NCBI GenBank assembly: GCA_965287045.1
Contig: OZ336880.1
Span: 4,712,001 to 4,776,000, forward strand
Source of the DNA: Carcharhinus amblyrhynchos
Lineage: Eukaryota
Direction of reading: 5' to 3'
Length of the DNA stretch: 64,000 nt
Under the pieces are notes generated by a model. It saw nothing but the letters and a program-made list of their open reading frames with translations. It was not told the origin of the DNA and did no database searches. This document shows, piece by piece, positions 1 to 9,250 of this stretch (position 1 is its first letter; every line of letters starts with the position of its first letter). The position numbers were made by a program, and so were the translations under genes.

Positions 1-116
1 AATATAACAGCCTAAAGACAAGATTCAATCTTATTATATAAACAATAAATGTGTTTAGCTTAGAAAGGAAAAATAAATAAAGTGTTACGAAAAAACAACC
101 ATGAACACCTACTTAC

Positions 117-313
117 TTGTAAAATGTTTGCATTTGTCTGTATTTAATGGGTACAGCCATGCAAACCATGTCAGCTTCATTCCTGACTGCTTGAAAATCT
201 CCACAGCACAACAAGAGGTCCACCTTAACATTGTCCTTTTTCTCCAAAAACTGAATACTCTCATAGATTTTGTCCAGTTCACCATGGCAGCAACCTTCTA
301 CTGCTACCTTCAT
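117..313 (-). CDS. DBR1: Lariat debranching enzyme, first coding exon (197 nt); gene continues off the left edge
   Basis: Translates [65 protein letters not shown], with the DBR1 metallophosphoesterase motifs GCCHG and CGDFQ. ATG at 313-311 in ACAATGA context; donor AA|GTAAGT at 116-111. Confidence 0.97.
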
Positions 314-445
314 TGTAACAGTGTGCAACAGCTTGCACTACAAGTTCCAATGAGCTGGGTGTCTTTAGGAGCAATCTCCCTTCCTGGGCCCTATTTAAGC
401 ACGCTCATGTCTCAGTGTACTGACCCAATTAAACTATCATAGACT
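314..445 (-). other. DBR1: DBR1 5'UTR part of the ATG-containing exon
   Basis: On the - strand a pyrimidine tract and acceptor (ccctttctttaatttcag|) end at 446; the region is AT-rich and not promoter-like. Confidence 0.65.
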
Positions 446-2797
446 CTGAAATTAAAGAAAGGGCAATATTTATTAATTACTGAAGTTAAACTTACAGGTT
501 TATATATACAAACACAGCTTCAAGATTTTTCTTACAGGCTGTTGAATAAATAGTTAAGAGACTCAAAAATAAAATGCAGTTATAAATTGAAAAAGACTAT
601 TTGACAATAGTGTTGATAGTTAAAATATGACTGCTTAAACTCAGACAGTGAAATATCAACAACTGTCAGTGTCCTATTAGGCCTGGTTTCGAATCAAACT
701 ATTAGAATAAGTATTACTAATTCAATCCTCACTGATAGCTTAATAATTTGCCAGAAATACAAAATCGCAAAACACGTCTGGTTCTACAGATAATAAAACA
801 ATAAGATGCTCCCTTTGATTATTATAACGTTATTATAAGGTATAAAATAACACTATCATATGAGAATGAAATAAAATACTTTGAAAAATACGAACAACCA
901 GGATTATGATTTATAGTTCTATTTGTTTTAGAGGAAAAATTAAAAATTCTAATTCCATTAGCTATATTTCAAGCATGGCAAACAATATCAATAATATCCA
1001 AACTGCATCTCTGAATGGTTTCATTTCAGGTAGTTCAAAACTATGACTCCAATTGTAAATATTTTAGATCCAGGCTTAAGATTAAAAAAAAACCTGTTGT
1101 GGTCAAACGAGGGGGCAAAAAGAGGGAAGCCCCCTCAGTCCCCACCCCTGGGCAATCCTAAAAGATTGTCATAATATAGAAAGGCAGTTATAGTAGCAAA
1201 CACAGGCTACATTTTATGTAGCTAGTCACATGCTGACAATACTGACCAACAGTAACAAGGAATCAGAACGAGTAAGGGAATCTGTCTAATTATGATTGGT
1301 AACTCAAACTTGAAATAGTTAATACTGTTGATGTAGATATTCCCAAAAGGAGAAACTAGAATTATGCCTAACAAACCTGATGGGAACTATGTCTAAAGAC
1401 TACTTTGTATCCAAAAAAATTAAAATTTGTTAATGTCAACCTCCAATGCAGTAGGAATATTGCTATTGTGCCAAAATCCTGCTATTTGAACATGGTTGGG
1501 TGAGCAATCTGAAATTTCAATTCCTGAATATCTGTAGAAAAGCTGTTTATAATCCAAACAATTCATTGAATCATTTAAATCAGTCCTGAACTTAATGGGC
1601 AGATAACTCATTCTTAAAAATTGAAGTATACACAAAATCAAACAAATACAACTGCCTTTATAAATATTTATTTAAAAATGGCAAAAATCTAATATATCCA
1701 CAACAGCACTGTTAGAAAGAATTAATTGGGGAATGAAGTATAATGCCAAAGTAGCAATTACTCATATGAACCTCAGCAAAGAATGTAATCAATTTGACCA
1801 AGATGGGGTTCACAATTGAATTTGATTTTTATAACTTGGTACCGATACCTGCACACTTCTAGTAATGAGGATCAAGTAACCTTGGCCTAGGTCTTCTCTC
1901 TAACTCAAGGAATCTAAGCCAATTGCAACGTATAATCTACCTTTATACTTCTTATCTAACAGTATAAATATGAAAATGTAATAGTAACTTTTCTGTCTCA
2001 GCTACATGATAGATGAATCATCATTAGGCTGGATTTATGAAAGTTGGAAAACATTTATAAAGAATGACTTACAGTTGCAAATACAGAATGCAAATAGTAA
2101 AAAAAAGTCTAGGGACAAGTGGAAGATTGTGTGCAATGGGTCTGAGTCAATGGAATAACTTACTGTTAAGAGTAAACAAGGTGGGATAACTTTGTGAAAT
2201 TAAATTGATCTTTCCTGACTTTCCAAATACAAAGGAACATAAAATGCAGCAATTATAAGTCTTTTTGAGTATGTGAAAACACTAGAAACAATTAGTTATG
2301 CATTCACTAGCAACAAAGTAACTTTAATAAAACAGCTGTCATGATCACATATCACAACAAGGGGACAATATTTGTGCACCCAGGGCAGATAATGTAGGAG
2401 CATTATACGAGTCACTTTAATGTGCAAAAGCGCAGATTTATAATCGGAATCAGTGAGACAGCTGACAAATTTAAATACATACCTACGAAGTATTTATTTT
2501 CAGGGTTGTTACCATCGCGTAGATGTAGGGAGGCTTACGAGGAGTGTTTAGGCAATCCTTGGTCCCCCTCTAGTAAATTACAAGTGTGAGCCTGGAGATG
2601 GGCTATTTGACTACTGGGGGCATTATCTTACAGCCTGCGCACCCCGCCCCCCCATTAATCCAAAATGGTGGTGATGGAGGGGGCGGCACCAGGGACTAAA
2701 CAACACCCCCCCGGCAGGGCCCAAGGCTATCAAACAAGTGAAGTGACTTCGCCACACCATAACCCGAGCCTCCGTATGCTTCTTCTTTCCTACCTAC

Positions 2798-2880
2798 CTG
2801 TTCTGCCTCCCTCCCACCAGCCAGTTTCGCCGCCACTGCCACGCTCCGGGAACCACACCGCCCAACCGCCAGTTCGGCTT
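2798..2880 (-). other. DBR1: Putative non-coding first exon of DBR1 (5' end approximate)
   Basis: CpG-rich segment just downstream (on -) of NRF1-like motifs, ending in a strong donor CAG|GTAGGT at 2797-2792. Confidence 0.55.
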
Positions 2881-3380
2881 CAGGGCGCATGCGTTCGAAC
2901 GCCAGCTTAGGACCGACGCGCATGCGTCCAAATGCGAGTTCGGCACCATCGCGCGTGCGTCCCCCATTCAGGTAAACTCAGTGTCACCACGCCGCAACAT
3001 TCAACACTTTCACAGGAAAGAGACAGGACGCACTCAGAGAAAAACAACTGAACAAAAAAAAACTCCACGTAAATCACTTTGCGGAACTTTTTTATATAAG
3101 ATCTAGAAAATAGAATTGTTAAAAAATCTCAAAGCAATAACTTACAATTTATCCGAATCTGCAGGTGATGGATAAGGTAAATATAAATTCAAATCCTCAC
3201 TTTCGATTAATTTGATTTATTTTTTAAAAAACAATAAATAAATAAACAACCGCTCTTAAGGTGGCCGGTAGAGCTGTAAAGTCGTTGATGTGAAGGTTCG
3301 CGTGTTTCTGTCGTACGACTGTAGAAAGTGCGGTTGCAATGTTGCGGCTGCGCCCTGCAGCATTGCCGGGTCCGGACAGG

Positions 3381-4328
3381 GTGGGGCGCACCGGGGGGGA
3401 TCCGGACTGGTGTGTGGGGGAGGGGCAGGTATGTGGCGAAGGGGCTCGGGGCTGCCATGTGGGGGCGGGGCTAGGGTGAATGGGAGGGGCTCGGGACTGG
3501 TGTGGGGGAGGGGCCCCGGGGCGGTTTTGGGGGGGGGGCCGGGCGCCGGGCTGGTGTGTGGGGAGAGGGGCTGGTAAGTGGCGAAGGGGCTCGGGGCTGC
3601 TGTGTGGGGGAGGGGTTAGGATGAATGGGAGGGGCTCGGGACTGGTGCGGAGGAGGGGCTGGTTGTGGGGAAGGATCTGGTGCGACGTGGGGAGGGGCCC
3701 GGGGCGGTGAGAGGGGGAGGGGCTCTGGTCTGGGGAGTGGCGGAGGGGCTCCGGGCTGGGGTGGGGGCGGGGCTCCGGGCTGGGGTGGGGGCGGGGCTCC
3801 GGGTTGGTGTGTGGGGGCGGGGACCCGGGCCGGAGCGGGGGAGGGGGAGGGGCTGGCTGGTGTGAGGAGAGAGTCCCTGGGCTGGTGGGTGTGGGGGCGG
3901 GGTTCTGGGCTAGTGTGTGGGGGAGGAGCTCCGGGCTGGGTGTGGGGGCGGGGTTTCCGGGCGGGGGTGCGGGGAGGAGCTCCGGGCTGGGTGTGGGGGG
4001 CGAGGCTCCGGGTTGGTGTGTGTGTCTGGGCGGGGCAGTGTGCTGGGGTGGGGGAGGAGCTCCGGTCTGGTGTCTGTGTGTGGGGGGGTGGTGGGTGGCG
4101 GGGCGGGGCACCGGGCTTGTGTGTGTGCGTGTGTGGGGGGCGGGGCTCCGGGTTGGTTTGTATGTGTGTGTGTGGGGGGCGGGGCTCCGGGTTGGTGTGT
4201 GTGTGGGGGGCGGGGCTCCGGGTTGGTTTGTGTGGGGGGGGCGGGGCTCCGGGTTGGTTTGTGGGGGGGCGGGGCTCCGGGCTGGTGCGGGGGGGCGGGG
4301 CACTGGGGTGGGGGCGGGGCTCCGGGCT

Positions 4329-4366
<38 letters not shown>

Positions 4367-4385
4367 GGGAGGGGCTGTAGGGGCG
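3381..4385 (+). repeat. G-rich degenerate minisatellite, unit about GGGGCTCCGGG(C/T)TGGTGTGTGGGGGC, ending in (TG)17 at 4331-4364
   Basis: Direct reading: many imperfect copies of about 24-30 bp, strong G skew on the + strand. Confidence 0.92.
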
Positions 4386-4403
4386 GATTAGCTGCCGCTG
4401 AAG

Positions 4404-4448
4404 ATGGCGTGTCTGTTGGAGGCCCCGATGCGGATGAGCGTGCTCTCG
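4404..4448 (+). CDS. ARMC8: ARMC8 exon 1 (MACLLEAPMRMSVLS)
   Basis: AAGATGG start context, resembles the human N-terminus MACLLETPIRMSVLS, donor GTGAGT at 4449. Confidence 0.93.
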
Positions 4449-5750
4449 GTGAGTATGTAAGCCCCCTCCACTCCGCATTGAGTCAGTCTCCTCAGGCATA
4501 GCTGTCAGCTTAAAGCGAAGGGTTGCCATGTCTGGTGTGAGCAGGGTGTTCCTCTGCCTCGGCTTCAGCTCGTCGTCTTTACTGTTCGGGAATATGGGCA
4601 TGCTGCGGCTCCCGGCTTGGGCCTGATATTTACTGTAAACCTTCCTGTTCCTTAAGTACAAACCACCAGCCCTTCCGACATTTCACTCAGTTTAATATTA
4701 GATATGCAATATCTTTGTGAAAGGATGTATGTATTTAAGCGCTTTTGATCTTTATTTTTATGTATATTTTTTAATTGGAGAGGAAACCTGTTTACTCGTA
4801 TCCACACTCTTGTTATTCTACAGCGATCATTCTCAAAGAATCGCAGTTCCTTTAATTCAGAAACGAGTAAGTGATAAGAGTAGAAACAGAAAGTGCTGGA
4901 AAAAAATACTCAGCAGGTTTTGTAGTATCAGTGGGGAGAGAAACAGATAACAGTCCAATGATTCTTCGGAACTCCTTTAGACATTTACGGTTCAGAAGTA
5001 GCCCATTCTGCCCATCAAATCCATGCCAAATAATTCAGTATGTACCTACTCCCTGGCATTATTTCACTAGTTCTGCAAATTTATCTCCCTAAAATAGCCA
5101 TCCAGTCTCCTGAAATTATTTATTGTCTCTGCTCTCAGCATTCTCGCGGGCAACGAGTCCCAGGTTCTTAATACTCGCTGTGTTTTTAAAAAAAGTCCTT
5201 CCTCACATCTCTGAAAAATCATAGTTTTATTTCACAAACATAATTTTCTTTAGGTACGTATTTACTAAATAATTGAAAAGCAAAGTGGTGTCCAGCTCCC
5301 TTCTGCAACTTTTAAATTCAAATTTCTTTGAAAAAAGTTCAACTGACCTATGGAAACTTAGCAAACCATAGGCTGAGTGAAGTTTGAAACTAAATCTATA
5401 TAAGAATAGAGATGTTGTCTTTCTGAAGGCAATTTTGGTCTGATCTCTAAAATGGAAGTAAAAGACTTCATGGCACTGTTGGAAATTAGCTGGGCCATTC
5501 TCCCCAGTGTCCTGGCTAATATTTATCCCTGAGCCAACATCTAAAATAGATTATCAAAGGCAAACTATCCTTCCTTATTAACTTGTCTGCAGTATATCCC
5601 ACCATCCTCTTGCAATGCCTCTTTGTGCCGAACTCTGTGGAACTGCACTTGTCTATTTATTTGTAGCCAGAGAATTGCAATCAGTGGATTTTCTTCCTAT
5701 TCCTTTGGAGTCCCCCAACAACTTATCCTTGATCCACTCCATTACATCCC

Positions 5751-7668
5751 AAGGTATTTTATACATATGTTAGAAACAAGAGGGTGGCTGGAGAAAGAGT
5801 TGGTCCACTTAAGGGCAAAGGAGGGAAATTATGCATAGAACCAAAAGAAGTGGGTGCGATCCTTAATGAATACTTTACATCGGTATTCACAAATGAAAGG
5901 GACACATCAATTGATGGTGCCTCCCCAAGTCATGTATACTGGGGAGGAAGTGTTAGGTGTATTAAAGTACACAAGTCCCCAGGGCCAGATGGCGTCCATC
6001 CCGGAATGCTGAGGAAGACAGAAGAGGAAATTGTTGGGCCTCTGACAAAAATCTTTGTTTTTTTGTTGGCCATAGGTGAAGTCCCACAGAATTGGAGGAT
6101 GGCCAATGTTGTCCCGTTATTTAAAAAGGGCAGTAGTGATAACTCGGGTAATTCTCAGCCAGTGAGCTTGACATCAGTGATAGTGAAATTGTTGGAGACG
6201 ATTCTTGGGGATAGGATCTATTAACATTGGAGACTGAATGGTCTTATTAGCGACAGACAGCATGGCTTTGTATGAGGGAAGTCATGTCTCATGAATTTGA
6301 TTGAGTTTTTTGAGGAGGTGACAAAAATGATTGACGAAGGAAGGGCTGTGGATGTTGTCTACATGGACTTCAATAAAGCATTTGACAAGTTCCTTCATGG
6401 CAGACTGGTGCTAAAGGTTAAATCACAAGGGATCAAGGGTGAACTAGCTAGATGGATTCAGAAGACAAAGGGTAGCAGTGGAAGGGTGTTTTTCTGAATG
6501 GAGATCTGTAACTAGTGGTGTTTTGCAGGGATCAGTGCTGGATCTCTCATTTGTAATATATATATAAATGACATGGACAAAAACGTAGCTGGTCTGACTT
6601 ACCAAGTTGGCGGATGATAATACTAAGATTGCTGGAGTAGCTGATAGTGATGAAAATTATCAGAGAATACAGCAGGATATAGATAAACTGGAAAATTGGG
6701 CAGAAAAATGGCAGATGGAATTCAGTGGAAGCTATAAAATAAATGGCAGAACCATCGGGTGCATAGACACTTCGATAGATCTGGGAGTACAGGTCCACAG
6801 ATTCTTAAAAGTGATAGCACAGGTGGAAAAGGTGGTGAAGAAAGCATATGGCACACTTGCCTTCATTGGCCAGGGCATCAAGTATAAAAATTGGCAAGTT
6901 ATGTTAGCCATATAAAACTTTGGTTAAGCCACATTTGGAATGCTGTGTTCAATTGTGGTCATGATGTGGAGATGCTGGCGTTGGACTGGGGTAAACACAG
7001 TAGGAAGTTTCAGAACACCAGGTTAAAGTCCAGCAGGTTTATTTGGTAGTAAATGCCACTAGCTTTTGGGGTTTGCCACTTCATCAGGTGAGTGGGAGTT
7101 CTGATCACAAACAGAACATAGAAAGGCGCACACAGTTTACAGAATACTGATTAGAATGCGAGTCTTTACAGCTAATCAAGTCTTAAAGGTGCAGACAATG
7201 TGAGTGGAGATAGCATTAGGCATAGGTTAAAGAGATATGTAGTGTCTCCAGACAGGACAGTAAGTGAGATGTTGCCAGCCCAAGCAAGTCATGGGGGTTA
7301 CAGATAATGTGACATGAACCCAAGATCCTGGTTGAGGCCATCCTCTCATGTGTGCGGAACTTGGCTATCAATTTCTGCTCAGCGACTCTGCGCTGTCGTA
7401 TGTCATGAAGGCCACCTTGGAAAATGTTTACCCGAAGATCAGAGGCTGAATGCCCGTGACTGTTGAAAGCAAGACTGTTCCCTTCCTGTCAGGACCTGGA
7501 ATGCAATGGGAGGTGGTTTAGGTAGACATGTTAGCGACATTTAAGTCTTATCTGGATAGACACATGAACAGGTGGGATACAGGCGGTAGGACTGAATGGG
7601 AAAACATGATTGGTGCAGGCTTGGTGGGCTGAAGGGCCTGTTCCTGAGCTGTTGTTCTTTGTTCTCAT
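5751..7668 (+). mobile_element. 5'-truncated CR1-clade LINE, RT ORF broken by stops and frameshifts
   Basis: ORF fragments KSPGPDGVHP, WRMANVVPLFKKG, VDVVYMDFNKAFDK, ADDxTKI; 3' tail gggctgaagggcctgttcctgagctg...ttctttgttct. Confidence 0.93.
6961..7468 (-). mobile_element. Penelope-like element 3' fragment (GIY-YIG endonuclease C-terminus plus pseudo-LTR)
   Basis: - strand reads FNSHGHSASDLRVNIFQGGLHDIRQRRVAEQKLIAKFRTHE/DGLNQDLGFMSHYL* (one frameshift), followed by a CTGATGA-containing terminal repeat. Confidence 0.85.
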
Positions 7669-8959
7669 CGACTTGTTACCTCCAGGTGCCAGCATCCAAA
7701 ACAATGCCAGTTTCCACATGTAAGGTGACAATGCCCAGCTCTACCTCAACAACAGCTCTCTTGACCCCTTCACTGCTCCTAACTTGTTAGACTGTTTATT
7801 CAACACCTAGTACTGGATGAGCATAAATTCCTTCAATTAAATATTTGAAATATTGAAACCATCCATTGCCTTTGGGTTCACCATAAACTCTGCTCCCAGT
7901 GACCTCCCTAACAGTTGTCTGAGGCTGAACCAGAGTGTTTGCAGCAAGTCATGTTTGACCCCAAGATGATCTTCCTTCACTAAAACTGCCTATTCCATAA
8001 CATTACCACTTGGCTCATCTGCTGCAGATGTCCTCATCTGTGTATTTGTAACCTCTCAGAATCCTTCAGAAATGGCTTGATTCTGAAATTCTCATTTTAT
8101 ATTCCTCAATGGTTTGGCACTCCCTGCTGTCCAAAGTACGTGTTTCTTTAATTTCAGCCTCTTGAGCATCTCCAATTTTATTCGTTCCACCATTGGTGGC
8201 CATGCCTTCAGCTGCCTAAACCCACAGCTCTGGAATTCACTCCATAGAGCTGGCCCAAACATGATGTGCTGAATGAACAGGTTCTGTGCTTGTAACCATT
8301 TTGTGGTTCTAAATCTCACTTCCTCTACATCTTGTTTTCCTTCTTTAATACACTCCTTAATTTACACCCTTGACCGAGCTTTTGGTCATTTGCCCTGATA
8401 CCTCTGTAGTTTAATGTTGTATTTTTGCTTTATAATGCCTCTGTAAAGGGTCTCAGACATCTATGTTAAAGGCACTATGCTGTCCTTGAGCAGCTAGATT
8501 GGGAACCTTGCTATGTGCAAGTTGGCTGTCATGTTTCTACATTGCAACAGTAACTATGGTTCAGAAGTACAATAATAGCTGTGAAGAGCCAAGTACTGAG
8601 GTGGTGAATGGTGCTAAATAAAAGTCTTTTTTGTAGTTAAATATACTTGTGTTTCTGCAAGCTTTGAGGAGTGTTAGTTATTACTAATAACCTGATTTAC
8701 CAGCCTATATTATGGTGGCATTTTGGTAATAATGTTGGGCTGCATTTAAATAATTTCATGTTTTCAGTGGAGAAAATAAACAATTAGATTTTTGTTAAGC
8801 TTTTTGCAAACATTTCAGTTTGGAATTACTGTGTTAGCAAAATAAATAAATATAACATAAACATCTAGTGTTTTGAGATTCCGCCTGTCAGCTGTTTGCT
8901 GGTGGCAAAATACACTGTTTACATGCTATATAGTGAAGATGAGGATTGCTTGATTTATT

Positions 8960-9250
8960 TATTAATGTACAATAGGCTTACATTAACACTGCAATGAAGT
9001 AACTTTGAAAATTCCCTAGCCGCCACACTTCAGTGCCTGTTCAAGTACATTGAGGAAGAATTTGGCATGGCCAGTGCACCTAACCAGAACATCTTTTGGA
9101 CTGTGGGAGGAAACAGAGTACCCGGAAGAAACTCGTACAGTCACAGGGTGAACTGGGTGTGTGGGTGCAGACTTCACACACTCAGTGATCCAAGCTGGGA
9201 ATTGAATCCTGGTACTGAGAGGCAGCAGTGCTAACCACCGTGCCACTGAT
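8960..9250 (-). mobile_element. tRNA-derived SINE (HE1/V-SINE-like head, alternative tail)
   Basis: A/B-box head (gtggttagcactgctgcctc...ttcaattccc on -) and the core gtccaaaagatgt...gttaggtg...ggccatg shared with other copies here. Confidence 0.85.

Larger units (their letters stand above)
2630..4620. promoter_or_regulatory. CpG-rich divergent promoter region shared by DBR1 and ARMC8
   Basis: High GC/CpG content against an AT-rich background, lying between two divergent genes. GCGCATGCG at 2885 and 2918, GCGCGTGCG at 2951, many GGGGCGGGG boxes, and YY1-like AAGATGGCG at 4401-4409. Confidence 0.8.
5556..8480 (+). mobile_element. Decayed L2-like LINE, split by a CR1 insertion (pieces about 5556-5750 and 7670-8480)
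   Basis: GVPQ-like RT motif (ggagtcccccaa, about 5707) before the insertion; decayed FHMYADDTQLYL-like motif (about 7712-7747) after it; L2-type 3' end near 8440-8480. Confidence 0.6.

Noticed and set aside
101-442. 113-aa + strand ORF
   Set aside because: Antisense shadow of the DBR1 exon.
3224-4661. Long Pro-rich and Gly-rich ORFs (up to 396 aa) in several frames
   Set aside because: Artefact of the G-rich minisatellite, which has few stop codons in any frame.
5784-6915. RT-like ORFs as a functional gene
   Set aside because: Broken by stops and frameshifts, 5'-truncated and interrupted: a dead CR1 copy.
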